This document shows, one piece after another, positions 8,737 through 18,513 of a stretch of 64,000 nucleotides of DNA. The DNA comes from Candidatus Undinarchaeales archaeon (GTDB lineage Archaea; SpSt-1190; JASMDC01): the NCBI GenBank assembly GCA_030753015.1, contig JASMDC010000001.1, positions 1 to 64,000 of the forward strand, given 5' to 3'. The notes under the pieces are model-generated. The model made no database searches. It saw only the letters and a list, made by a program, of their open reading frames with translations, and had not been told where the DNA came from. A program made the translations under genes and the position numbers. Numbering within the stretch: the first letter of the stretch is position 1; each line of letters opens with the position of its first letter.

Positions 8737-11499
8737 ATGCCCAAGGGAGAGCCCCCCGAAGAGAAATCCCTGGTCTTCAGGGCGCCCGACCTCTATTATA
8801 TTTTTTCCTTCGACCTCATGGAGGTCGCCAAGAATCCTGCGGTCTCGGAGCTGGACCTCGACAGTCTAGGGATGAGGCTCCATGAACTTGATGTTCCTTT
8901 CTACTCGGTGAACATCCCCCAGGTCCGCCACGCTGTTTCCCTCATCGAGCGTGACCGTTCGTTCTCAGGCAAGGACTTCGCAGAATCGCTCTCCGTCATC
9001 CTAGGTACGAAGTTGACGTGGAGGGGGTTCGTGGAGCTGCGCGGGAAGACCAAGCTCCTCACCAGTTCGGACCTCAATATCATACTCCTCTACCTCCTGT
9101 GCAACAAGACTGCGGACCTTGAGCAGCTCATCGTCGAGACCGTTTCTAAGCTCACCGACGCTTTCACCATGTGTCACGGCCTGCTCTCATCCATCGAGGG
9201 TGACGAGCTCGACCTACGGAAGGACCACTCGCGCAGCAAGGACTATGTGCTGGGCGAGATGACCCGTCGGTACACGAATCTCGCTAAGTCCATGTGCTAC
9301 ATCCCGGACGGTACCGCCACCAAGGACGTCCTTGCCTCGCTGCAGAAGAAGGATTTCCACCTTGGGAACGCCCGGGAGCACGTCCGGCTGGTCGAGATGG
9401 CCGCCGAATCCCAGAATCCCAAGATGCTCCGGAAGGCCGTCGCCTACCTCAAGGCCCTCGAGTCGTTCGTGTTCGAGGCCTCAGTGCTCGTAGGACGGAT
9501 GGTGTCACTCTATCACCTCAACGTCCCCATCCCTGCGGTGGAGAACATGGAGCGCCTCAACACCGTGGAGAAGCTCGTGGAGCTCTATGCCAAGCGTATC
9601 ACCTACTTCCGCTCGATCGGTCGCGAAGGTCGCAAGCACGAGCAGGCGTTCACCGAAGAGTTCGCCACGAAGTACGTGCCCCTGCGCATCGTGCCCTCCT
9701 CCATGGAGCAGAACATAGTCCGCCTCTCCGAGGCCGAGCTCGAGCTCGTGAACGCCATCGGCGAGGTGTGCGCCCAGACCCGGCGCAAGACCGCGACCGT
9801 TACCGAGATCAACCAGTTCGTTGAGGGGAGCGAGTGGCGTGTGGCGGCGGCACTTGAGGGGCTGGCCTCGAAGAACATCATCACTCGCGTGCGCTCGAAG
9901 GGAAAGGATGCCTCGTACACCACGATCAAAGGATTCCAGTACGTATCCCGGCTCGAGGGTGAGGAGTACTGGGATGTGCTGCGCATCGGGAGCGACAAGG
10001 TCGAGGTGTTCAGTCCAGAGGTGCGCATATCCGACGCGGGGATCGTGAGCATCCGCCTGCGCGCCCGTCCCAGGACCAAGGACATGGACCTTGCCGACAT
10101 CTCACGGCTGGAATCGAAGCTCTCGGGACGGATGGTGCGAATAGCTACAGCGGTATGGCGGACGTTCGCCGTATGCTGGAACGACTGCTTCGAGCGTGAC
10201 GAGGAGGGAAGGATCCCCTTCGCCCTGGAATCGGGTATACGCATCGCAAAGACCGGCACCGTGTACCGGCGTGACGGCGACGCCTATCGTGAGGTCATCT
10301 ACCATCGCTTCGTGATCCGTCTATTCATGGACGAGCGCCTATTCCTGGACGCCGATCCCTACTCTGAAAAGAACAAGCAGGTGGTGGGACTGGCCCGCTC
10401 GGCCGCTACCGCCTGGCGTGACTACCGACCATCCTTCGTACAACGGGTCATCGAGAACGACATCTCCAACTCCACTTCAGAGCTCATACTCCTCACCGAG
10501 AAGGGGCTGCTGCTCAACATGCCGCTGGCGGCCGAGAGCGAGCAGTACCGCGGCTTCATGCAGGACCTCATCCTCACAGTGGAGCTCCTTGGGATGCGCG
10601 AGGTTATGCTGGCCCGCATCGACGCCGAGATCGATGCCCTTCTCCTTGAGCACCGCCTGGCGTTGAAGCGCAACAAGGGGGCTGAGGAGCTGGAGAAGCT
10701 GCGCTTGGCGTTCCTGGATATCGCCAAGACCAAGACGCGGTTGGTGGACGCCATCAAGCTTGACATGCATATCCAGTCCATGCTCCTTCACGACGTGCTG
10801 GACCGGACGATGAAGGAGTTCCGCATCGACGTCCTCCATACCTCGATCAAGGAGAAGCTCAACGACCTCGACGCCCTTGTCCAATCCTCCTATACCATGG
10901 AGATGCGGGAGCGGAACATCGAGCTGCAGGACCAGTTCATATCCATCTTCGACGAGATGCGTCTCATGCAGGGTACGCTGGAGATCCTGGAAATCTTCAT
11001 CATATTCGTCTACTTCGTCTACTTCGCCACGCACATCAGCGAGGCCGTGGAGAAGGTCGTGCACGAGCCGGCCCTCTCGTACGAACAGTTCAAGGCAGGG
11101 GCATTGTTCATTGGATACCTGCTCCCAGGATTGATCGGTGTCATCTTCGGTGTGGAGTACATCCGTCACGGCCGGGGAGGTGTCATCAAGAAGCATATCC
11201 GCAACATCATCGCCCGCAACGGCGGTGTCGTGTCCAAGGAGCGCCTCGTCAATCACCTTGTTGAGAACGTGGCCCACGAGAGTGAGCTCTACATAGGTGC
11301 GCTGGAAGTGGCCCTTCGACCCTTCGAACGGATAGGCCCGATCGGTCCACGGGTGCGCCGCCTGCGCCATGACATCTGCACCATCGGGCTCACGCAGGAG
11401 ATCGAGCACATCCTGGGCCACCCCGAGTCCTTCCTATTGGAGGAGCGTGATGGGGAGACTTGGGTACGACTGACACAGGACTACGGGCCTGAGGCGTAG
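8737..11499 (+). CDS. Large hypothetical protein with a wHTH-like segment and two C-terminal TM helices
   Basis: 920-aa ORF starting immediately after the previous stop. LSEAELELVNAI...VAAALEGLASKNII is wHTH-like; a helical stalk precedes LEILEIFIIFVYFVYF. Confidence 0.75.
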   Translation: MPKGEPPEEKSLVFRAPDLYYIFSFDLMEVAKNPAVSELDLDSLGMRLHELDVPFYSVNIPQVRHAVSLIERDRSFSGKDFAESLSVILGTKLTWRGFVELRGKTKLLTSSDLNIILLYLLCNKTADLEQLIVETVSKLTDAFTMCHGLLSSIEGDELDLRKDHSRSKDYVLGEMTRRYTNLAKSMCYIPDGTATKDVLASLQKKDFHLGNAREHVRLVEMAAESQNPKMLRKAVAYLKALESFVFEASVLVGRMVSLYHLNVPIPAVENMERLNTVEKLVELYAKRITYFRSIGREGRKHEQAFTEEFATKYVPLRIVPSSMEQNIVRLSEAELELVNAIGEVCAQTRRKTATVTEINQFVEGSEWRVAAALEGLASKNIITRVRSKGKDASYTTIKGFQYVSRLEGEEYWDVLRIGSDKVEVFSPEVRISDAGIVSIRLRARPRTKDMDLADISRLESKLSGRMVRIATAVWRTFAVCWNDCFERDEEGRIPFALESGIRIAKTGTVYRRDGDAYREVIYHRFVIRLFMDERLFLDADPYSEKNKQVVGLARSAATAWRDYRPSFVQRVIENDISNSTSELILLTEKGLLLNMPLAAESEQYRGFMQDLILTVELLGMREVMLARIDAEIDALLLEHRLALKRNKGAEELEKLRLAFLDIAKTKTRLVDAIKLDMHIQSMLLHDVLDRTMKEFRIDVLHTSIKEKLNDLDALVQSSYTMEMRERNIELQDQFISIFDEMRLMQGTLEILEIFIIFVYFVYFATHISEAVEKVVHEPALSYEQFKAGALFIGYLLPGLIGVIFGVEYIRHGRGGVIKKHIRNIIARNGGVVSKERLVNHLVENVAHESELYIGALEVALRPFERIGPIGPRVRRLRHDICTIGLTQEIEHILGHPESFLLEERDGETWVRLTQDYGPEA

Positions 11500-12722
11500 G
11501 CCACCAAGCGTCCATCGAGACCCTGGAGCCTGCGTCGCGCTGACGTCATACGTGCGGTCCGCACGTCGAGGAGCCCTGCCAGGACCCGCGCATCCTGCGC
11601 CACGTCCTCGCCCGGCGACGAGCGACGGCTAACCCGGTCGTACAGAGGTGCCAGGTATTCTGGATCGATACCCAGCACATCAAGCCCTCCTGCGGCCTTC
11701 TCTAGTTCGTCGTCGACCACCTCCCACGCCGGCCGCAACCGGCCCTCGGGATCGTAGAGCTCACCGCTGAGCCCGTGACGCACAGCTTCCTCACGGTTGA
11801 GCTCCACCTGCCCGTGGTCGAGCAGCGCCGTCCCCCGGTAGTGCTCGATCAATCCCAGATAGAGAGCCACACATGCCAGCGACTCCTCTATTGTGGGCTG
11901 CTGGGGGATGGCCCGGAACTCGGTCCGCAGCGTTTGGTCCGCACCTACACGTATCCGGACCTCGTGCCAGTCTGTGGAAAGGCGACCGTCAAGTCCAGAG
12001 ACACCGGCCACGTCCTCCCACACTTCACGCTCGTCGAGGTAGTCGGCGAGGTCGTGGTAGTACCGCGGTAAGCCCGTGCGCCCCGGCAATCCCAGACAGT
12101 TCTCGATGAGGGGGAGCCTCGCCTCCGCTCTACCTGTATCACCCCCCATGAGCAGGCTGGAGTTGGCGGCTACTGCGACCACGTACGGGCTTAGCATGAC
12201 GGCATGATTGAGATCGTCCACGAGCTCGACCTCGTCACGTGCCTGGAGGTTGACGTGGATACCCGCGGTCAGCCCTTCCAGCTCCGTGCGATAACCTGCG
12301 AGCTCGTCGATGACCCGATCATATCTCCCGCTGCTCGTGACCTCGATGTCGTCGTACCACTTCACAGGGTGCGCTCCGAGCCCGAGCACCGCAGCGTCGG
12401 GCTCCGCGGAGAGGAAGCCTCCCACGCGGTCATAGAGCTGTCCGGCCATGGTATCGAACGCGTCCACGGGGTAGGGCTCCGTACGCACCTCGATGGTGTC
12501 CGTGTGCTGCTCGGTACCGTATCCCTCGTGGTCTCTGGCAAGGAAGGACGACACCGCTGTGGAGTAGGGCTGTAGATCCTTGTCGACGACCAGGAGCTCG
12601 TACTCGAGGCCTACACGTCGCTCCGACCTGCGGTACTGGTCGATGTGGGCGAGAAGATGTTCGGCCTCCTGTGCGAAATCCCTGTCCGTTAGTGTCCCTC
12701 CCGGGTCGTTACACGACACCAA
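11481..12722 (-). CDS. Glutamate-cysteine ligase (GCS2) family protein
   Basis: VGLEYELLVVD, IEVRT, GAHP, GIHVNL, AANSS, TEFR. Start is uncertain. Confidence 0.8.
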   Translation of the reverse strand: MVSCNDPGGTLTDRDFAQEAEHLLAHIDQYRRSERRVGLEYELLVVDKDLQPYSTAVSSFLARDHEGYGTEQHTDTIEVRTEPYPVDAFDTMAGQLYDRVGGFLSAEPDAAVLGLGAHPVKWYDDIEVTSSGRYDRVIDELAGYRTELEGLTAGIHVNLQARDEVELVDDLNHAVMLSPYVVAVAANSSLLMGGDTGRAEARLPLIENCLGLPGRTGLPRYYHDLADYLDEREVWEDVAGVSGLDGRLSTDWHEVRIRVGADQTLRTEFRAIPQQPTIEESLACVALYLGLIEHYRGTALLDHGQVELNREEAVRHGLSGELYDPEGRLRPAWEVVDDELEKAAGGLDVLGIDPEYLAPLYDRVSRRSSPGEDVAQDARVLAGLLDVRTARMTSARRRLQGLDGRLVAYASGP

Positions 12723-12759
12723 ATCAATTTAAAGGTTATCGTAGACCATCACTATTGGG

Positions 12760-13626
12760 ATGGGGGAAAACGTATTCTACGTTCACGGCTGGCACGAATG
12801 TCGTGGGATAGATGCAGCGGAACGTCACGGGACGGCATCGCTCAGCGCCCTCAGTCACGTCTGGGAGGGGCATGCGTACTACGACTGTGTCGTGCATGAT
12901 CCCGACGGCCGTGCGCTCCCTGGTATGCTGGACGATGTGCGCAGGCGTCACAACCTTCATCGCGTCCTCCTCGGCCCCGAACGGACAGGAGGGCGGCTCA
13001 TGCACATCCACACACGATACCCGGTCCGGGAGAGCCTGGCGAACCTCACCATCGACCGCGTGTCCACCCAGGTCCTGGCGCCGGTCGTGAACCGCGGCGG
13101 GGCCGAAGCTGCGGTCTTCACCGCCCCCTGTCACGATCCGCGTGTTCTGCGGGACGTGCTGGCCTCGTCCGGGATGGACTTCCGCGTCGCTGGTGACGGT
13201 GCGGCCTATCGTGAGGCGCTGGGTGCTGAGCCCGTGCTCCTCGGCTATGCAACAGCTCACTTCGGCCGCTGCTTCCCCCGGTTGCACGAGCTCGCAGGTG
13301 GACCACCTGCCGTCACCTGGGCGGGGCGTGCGGGACGAACCCTCAGGGAGCTGGCCGCGCGCGATCTTCGTTCGGTGTCCTCCAGGACCGCTCGACGTGT
13401 GGCTGTCCTGGCCGTGGTGCGTGCCGTGAGGCGTGGGGAGCGGGAATGCTCGGCCCTGCGCCGTTCGCTTGGGATGTCCAAGGCCGCCTTCTCCCGGCTC
13501 GTGACCGCCCTGGAACGGGAACGACTGGTAGAGCTCAGCCCGAACAGACGCTTCATGCGCCTCACGCCCGCAGGAGCACGCCTGGCCGCGCACGGACCTT
13601 TGTCACGAACACCTGTGGCGGAGTGA
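12760..13626 (+). CDS. Hypothetical protein with a C-terminal winged-helix domain
   Basis: LRRSLGMSKAAFSRLVTALERERLVEL...LTPAG. Confidence 0.6.
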   Translation: MGENVFYVHGWHECRGIDAAERHGTASLSALSHVWEGHAYYDCVVHDPDGRALPGMLDDVRRRHNLHRVLLGPERTGGRLMHIHTRYPVRESLANLTIDRVSTQVLAPVVNRGGAEAAVFTAPCHDPRVLRDVLASSGMDFRVAGDGAAYREALGAEPVLLGYATAHFGRCFPRLHELAGGPPAVTWAGRAGRTLRELAARDLRSVSSRTARRVAVLAVVRAVRRGERECSALRRSLGMSKAAFSRLVTALERERLVELSPNRRFMRLTPAGARLAAHGPLSRTPVAE

Positions 13627-13635
13627 GGTCCCGGC

Positions 13636-14721
13636 TCACGCCCGGGGCAGGAAGGTGCGGTAGTAGCAGACCTCGTCGCGGCATGAGCCGCTGTAGCCCT
13701 CGCGGAACGTCTTTTGCGTGTGCGTGTAGAGCTCTTCGTCGCCGATGCTGTCGTCCGCAGCGAGACGGAGCAGATCAGCGATGAAGTGCACGTCCTGGAG
13801 CTTGCGACGTGTGTCATTCGAGCGCCCCGCGATCTTGACGGCCTTCACACCGGCGTTCATGAGCGTGCGCAGGACGCAGGCGCCGCAATCGATACCCGTC
13901 TTGGCATGGAAGTGCTTCTCCATCCGCGATCTGGCAGCCGCGATGCACTCCAGCGATACGGCGCCGACGGTCACAGGCTCGGTCCCGTAGTCGAGCAGAC
14001 AGGGTTCGGGCCTGAGCCCGGGAAGTCGTCGGGCCATGCGGAGCAGGCGTCGGGGCACGTGCCGGGCAGCCATAAGTGCCGCACGGCTGTGGAGGATGGT
14101 GCGCCCCAGGCCACCGCTTCGTGGGCCTTCAGCCTCCTGGAGCCCGTCCATGAAGGTGCAGAATCCGTCCACGTTCACGCAGCGGTCGTTGAGTACGAAC
14201 ACCTCAAGGTCCAGGGGCGGGTCCCGAGCCAGGTCGACGATCTCGTCAGGTGTGAGGTGCTGGGGTAGGATCGCGCGCTCGGCGCCCAGCCCTGCGAAGA
14301 ACGCAAGTGCAGCGCTATTGAACGCGGGAGAGATTGTGCTGACGTGGACCGAGATGTCCGGATGCTCGCGGCGGGCGCGGACCATGGTCGGTAGGTCCGA
14401 GATGAGGAAACCGTCGACCCCGGCGTCGACCGCATCGTCCATGAGCCGTGCCAGATGGTCAGCCTGGGCGGCGGTGTAGTAGGCGGGATTGAGCGTGAGG
14501 TGAACGGGCACCTTCAGCTCGTGCGCCCTATCAACGGCCTCGCGCAGCTCTTCGAGGTCCGAGAAGTTACCGACGACGCTGTCGCGGTCGTTGTTCGACA
14601 CGAACGTCGAGAATGAGTCCTTCCACCTCCGCGTCAGCATGCCCGCATAGAGCTCAGTGGCGCCCGCCTCCACCAGAGGCTCCACCTCCCGGACCGCGGT
14701 GAGGGGCGAGATGAGCTCCAC
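13636..14721 (-). CDS. U32 family Fe-S protein (UbiU-like), paralog 1
   Basis: ELISP, GATELYAG, HVST, CVNVDGFC (Cx6C), DCGAC, KIAGR. Confidence 0.85.
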   Translation of the reverse strand: MELISPLTAVREVEPLVEAGATELYAGMLTRRWKDSFSTFVSNNDRDSVVGNFSDLEELREAVDRAHELKVPVHLTLNPAYYTAAQADHLARLMDDAVDAGVDGFLISDLPTMVRARREHPDISVHVSTISPAFNSAALAFFAGLGAERAILPQHLTPDEIVDLARDPPLDLEVFVLNDRCVNVDGFCTFMDGLQEAEGPRSGGLGRTILHSRAALMAARHVPRRLLRMARRLPGLRPEPCLLDYGTEPVTVGAVSLECIAAARSRMEKHFHAKTGIDCGACVLRTLMNAGVKAVKIAGRSNDTRRKLQDVHFIADLLRLAADDSIGDEELYTHTQKTFREGYSGSCRDEVCYYRTFLPRA

Positions 14722-14737
14722 GGGGCCGGGGGGTCGC

Positions 14738-14754
14738 CCAAGCTTGATAAAGGT
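14738..14754 (-). promoter_or_regulatory. Conserved 17-bp TATA-containing core ACCTTTATCAAGCTTGG
   Basis: Exact copy 16 nt upstream of the GTG start at 14721. Confidence 0.75.
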
Positions 14755-14816
14755 GTCGCAGCGGCCACGCCCTCGCGGACAACGTTAAAAAGCTCACCCG
14801 CCCATGAGTAGGCGGG

Positions 14817-15902
14817 ATGAAGGTCCTCTCCCCGGTCAACAACGTCAGCGAGATCGAGAAGGTGGTCTCTGCTGGAGCGGATGAAGTGTACTGCGGTGTG
14901 CTCACCCCTGCTTGGCAGGGGCGGTTTGCTCATACTGGTACCATCAACGGCAGCCCCTCGCGCTTCCACAACCTGGCCGACCTCGATGAGCTGCGCCATG
15001 TGGTGGAGGTTGCCCATGCCCACGATGCCAAGGTGTTCGCCACCTACAACTCGTACTACTACAGCCGCGATCAGTACCCTCTCCTGGAGAAGGAGGTCGA
15101 TGGTGCCGTGACGGCTGGCGTGGACGGGATCATCGCCGCCGACATAGGGCTCATGCGCACCATTGTCGCCATGGACACGGGGGTGGAGCTCCATGTCAGC
15201 GTTGTCGGAGGCGCGTTCAACTCTCGCACCGTGGCCTTCTACAGGGAGCTGGGGGCCTCGCGGGTCGTGCTGCCCAAACAGCTCACGTTGGAGGAGATCG
15301 GCTCTATCGCCGCAGACCGTGGTGACATGGTCCTTGAGTGCTTCATCCTGACCGTCGGCTGCAACAACGCAGAGGCCCTCTGTCGGTTCCAGCACGGGGT
15401 CATCGAGGCACGTCACCCGCGGCTGTCGAGGTTCGTCCTCAACAACCCCCTCCAGAGCAGCATCATCAAGGCGTACCAACGCAAGGGCGCTGGACGGATG
15501 CGGCGGTTCCTACAAGAGCATACCTTCCTCGCGGACCGTGCCGCCTGCTGCCTGCGCTACGATCTTGAGCCGATGGAGGCGATGGAGGAGAATGAGCTCG
15601 CTCGCGTCAGGTCCTGCCTGACACCCCTGCTCTCCAACGCCTTCGAGCACGAGCGGATGTACGGGTGTGGTGTGTGCGCGCTCCCGGTACTTGCGCGCAT
15701 GGGCATCTCGACGGTCAAGACCGAGGACCGGGCAGCACCGCTCGGCGACCGGCTCAACAACATCGCATTCGTCAAGGAGATGCTGAAGGAGCTGGAGCGA
15801 ACGACTAACGACGACGCCTTCTGCTCCCGCGCCCGGGAGCGGTTCGGCACTCTCCGCGGGTTCGCTTGTGACGACGACTACTGCAACCATCTGGTGGGCT
15901 GA
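14817..15902 (+). CDS. U32 family Fe-S protein (UbiU-like), divergent paralog
   Basis: KVLSP, GADEVYCG, CNNAEALC, ACC, GCGVC, KTEDR, C-terminal CDDDYC. Confidence 0.85.
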   Translation: MKVLSPVNNVSEIEKVVSAGADEVYCGVLTPAWQGRFAHTGTINGSPSRFHNLADLDELRHVVEVAHAHDAKVFATYNSYYYSRDQYPLLEKEVDGAVTAGVDGIIAADIGLMRTIVAMDTGVELHVSVVGGAFNSRTVAFYRELGASRVVLPKQLTLEEIGSIAADRGDMVLECFILTVGCNNAEALCRFQHGVIEARHPRLSRFVLNNPLQSSIIKAYQRKGAGRMRRFLQEHTFLADRAACCLRYDLEPMEAMEENELARVRSCLTPLLSNAFEHERMYGCGVCALPVLARMGISTVKTEDRAAPLGDRLNNIAFVKEMLKELERTTNDDAFCSRARERFGTLRGFACDDDYCNHLVG

Positions 15903-15903
15903 C

Positions 15904-16698
15904 ATGGAGAACGCCCTATATGTGACCAAGGAACGGGACCTGGATAAGTGGGAGGACCGGTACACTCGACTCCACTTCGGTCAGGAGTTCTGCCAGCGTC
16001 TACTCCCGGACCTCACCGAGCTGGACACAGCGATTAGGTTCGCCCAGGACCGGGATGCTGACCTTACCCTCGTCACCCCCTTCGTCACCGACATGGCGCT
16101 CGAGCGGGTGGCAGGGCTGATGGGGCGACTGCACGACCGGCTGCCGGGGACCGAGGTGGTCGTCAACGACCTGGGAGTCCTGACGCTCATACGCGAGCGC
16201 GGATGGGACCTGCAACCCGTGCTCGGACGTTTGCTGACGAAACAGAAGCGCGGGCCCCGGGTCACTCTGCTCGAGGAGCGCATTCCACCGGCCGCCCTCC
16301 ACCATTATCGCCGCTCTAATGCCAGCTCATCTGCCTTCCAGACGTTCCTTCAAGAGCATGGAGTGCGCCGTGTGGAACTGGACAACCTCCTTCAGGGCAT
16401 CGATGACGACCTGACGGGATCCGGGCTGTCAGGCTCGCTCCACTACCCGTATGCCTACGTCACGACGAGCCGATGCTGCCCGGTGGCCTTGTGCGGTGGG
16501 AGCGGCCTGCGGCCGAGCCTTGCCCCGTGTGGGAAAGAGTGCCTGCGGTACGGACCCTTCCGCCTCCTCACGCGGCATATGCCCGTACCGCTCGTGCTCG
16601 CGGGCACGACGCAGTTCTACCGCAACGACCACCTCCCCGATGATCTAGAGGCGCGGGGCATCGACCGGGTGGTCCATGCACCGGTACCGCCCGTCTAA
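15904..16698 (+). CDS. U32-related protein with UbiV-like Cys spacing
   Basis: RLHFGQEFC, EVVVNDLG, LGRLL, TTSRCC...PCGKEC. Coupled to the preceding gene (1-nt gap). Confidence 0.7.
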   Translation: MENALYVTKERDLDKWEDRYTRLHFGQEFCQRLLPDLTELDTAIRFAQDRDADLTLVTPFVTDMALERVAGLMGRLHDRLPGTEVVVNDLGVLTLIRERGWDLQPVLGRLLTKQKRGPRVTLLEERIPPAALHHYRRSNASSSAFQTFLQEHGVRRVELDNLLQGIDDDLTGSGLSGSLHYPYAYVTTSRCCPVALCGGSGLRPSLAPCGKECLRYGPFRLLTRHMPVPLVLAGTTQFYRNDHLPDDLEARGIDRVVHAPVPPV

Positions 16699-16749
16699 GA
16701 GCTGCGGACTGGGAAGCTTTTTGAAGCTTCAGCACACCTTCTTCGCTCA

Positions 16750-18513
16750 ATGCCGTCTCCCCTGGCGCTCCCATTCGCACTGGCGAACCTCCTGCTCATC
16801 GCCAGTGCGCTGGTGGCGTCACGACGGGAGCTGGGGGCGCTCCTACCGCACTCCCGTGACAGGCGAAGAGCGCTGTTGCTCGTGCTCCTCGTCGCTTTCA
16901 GCGTACGCGTTCTCAATCCCTACCGTCCGGTGCCTTTCGAGGACGAATGGTTCTACATAGACCAGTCCCATGCCCTGGTCCGTCACCGTCTCAACGTGTT
17001 CTGCACCCTTGGCGACATGGACGACTGCGGACGGTTCGGCGTTTTCTATCCAATAGGCTATCCTGTGGTCCTCTCGCTAGCGTCCTCGATCCTTGGGTTC
17101 AACGACATCGCAGCGCGTGCAGTAGGGATCGGAGGGGGCATCGCGACCGTGCTGATCACCTATCTGCTGGTGCGTCTTCTGACCCGTGATGATCGGACGG
17201 CGCTCGTGGCATCGCTGGTACTTGCCCTCCTTCCCATGCATATACGATACGCTATGACGACGTCCTCTGAGATGGTCTCCATGCTGACAGAGGCCCTGGC
17301 GGTTCTGGGAGCGGTCCTCCATGTCAGGACGGGGCGGTCGGCTAACGCCTGGCTCGCCGCAACGTCGCTTGCGTTCCACATGACCGTTCGGCGAGAGAAC
17401 CCACTGGCGATCATCCCGCTCCTGGCCGTTTACAGCGGGGGCGGGAGAGCTCGAAGGTCCGCCCTCCCCTGGATCATGGCCCTGGTGCTGATCGTGCCGC
17501 ATATAAGTGGATTCGGTGAGCTCAACATGGGCGCGACCTTCCATCTGAGCCCCACCCAGGCCGAGGACAGCGTGGTCCCCCTCCACCCCAAGCACATACC
17601 GCGCAACCTCTGGTACGTCCGGTACTGGCTCGATGGGTACTTCGTCCCCTTCCTCTTCACTGCCCTTGCCCTCATGGGGGCCGCGGCCATTCAGAAGCTT
17701 CCCTCACCGTACTCCCGTCTCGTCGTCTCATGGTGGATTGTCCGAATGGGCGTGTACCTTCTCAACCACTTCCGGTCGTTCACTCCTCGTTTCATGCTCA
17801 GCCTCTCGGTTCCGTTCGCCCTGGCCGCCGGTGCCGGTGCACACGCGTTATCGCCTGCGGCCTCCTTCGTCGTTGGGGCCGTATTGCTGTCGGGTGCAGC
17901 GCACCTGCCCTTCCCATACAGTGAACGCTTCGGGCTCGAACTGGCCGAGGGGGTCCGCTCGGCGATGGCAGCGGCCCACCTCCTCCTTCCACTTGCACTG
18001 CTGCTCTGGGCGGCGTGGCGGTCACGATCCCGGGAACCGCGTGCCCTGGTCGCTGTGGCGGTGGCCTGCCTGTTCCTTGTCCCGCTCCTCTACACCGTGG
18101 TGGAGTCGACCGACGGTGTGCACTACGCTCAACGTGAAGCGTTCACACTGGAGGAGCGTACGATCGATGGCTGGCGTCATCTGGTCGGTTCGGACTGTCA
18201 CGTCGTCGTCGTCGAACCCGTACGCCCGCGATACCTGTGGCGGCGACCAACGATCGTCGCCAACTTCAACTTCCTGTCCACCAAAGCCGTCCGGGACATC
18301 CTGAAGACGGACCTGGATCCGTTGCTCCGTGACGGAGAATGCGTATACTTCTATGATCCAAGGCCGAATGGTCGGACCAGACCCCTCCTCCACGAGGACT
18401 ATGTGCTCGAACTGTTGGACCGCATCGATGTCGATAAGGTAGCTCCCGATGCCACGGCACTCCTCGAGGAGATATCCCTCTACCGGGTGACGGGTCGGCG
18501 TCCATCCCCGTAG
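16750..18513 (+). CDS. GT-C fold (family 39/PMT/ArnT-like) membrane glycosyltransferase
   Basis: FEDEWFY after the first TMs, YPIGYP, LALLPMHIRY, TVRREN; many TM segments. Confidence 0.75.
   Translation: MPSPLALPFALANLLLIASALVASRRELGALLPHSRDRRRALLLVLLVAFSVRVLNPYRPVPFEDEWFYIDQSHALVRHRLNVFCTLGDMDDCGRFGVFYPIGYPVVLSLASSILGFNDIAARAVGIGGGIATVLITYLLVRLLTRDDRTALVASLVLALLPMHIRYAMTTSSEMVSMLTEALAVLGAVLHVRTGRSANAWLAATSLAFHMTVRRENPLAIIPLLAVYSGGGRARRSALPWIMALVLIVPHISGFGELNMGATFHLSPTQAEDSVVPLHPKHIPRNLWYVRYWLDGYFVPFLFTALALMGAAAIQKLPSPYSRLVVSWWIVRMGVYLLNHFRSFTPRFMLSLSVPFALAAGAGAHALSPAASFVVGAVLLSGAAHLPFPYSERFGLELAEGVRSAMAAAHLLLPLALLLWAAWRSRSREPRALVAVAVACLFLVPLLYTVVESTDGVHYAQREAFTLEERTIDGWRHLVGSDCHVVVVEPVRPRYLWRRPTIVANFNFLSTKAVRDILKTDLDPLLRDGECVYFYDPRPNGRTRPLLHEDYVLELLDRIDVDKVAPDATALLEEISLYRVTGRRPSP

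Noticed and set aside
10477-11421. Long antisense ORFs (this one and many similar)
   Set aside because: They are shadows of real genes in GC-rich DNA, with no motifs.
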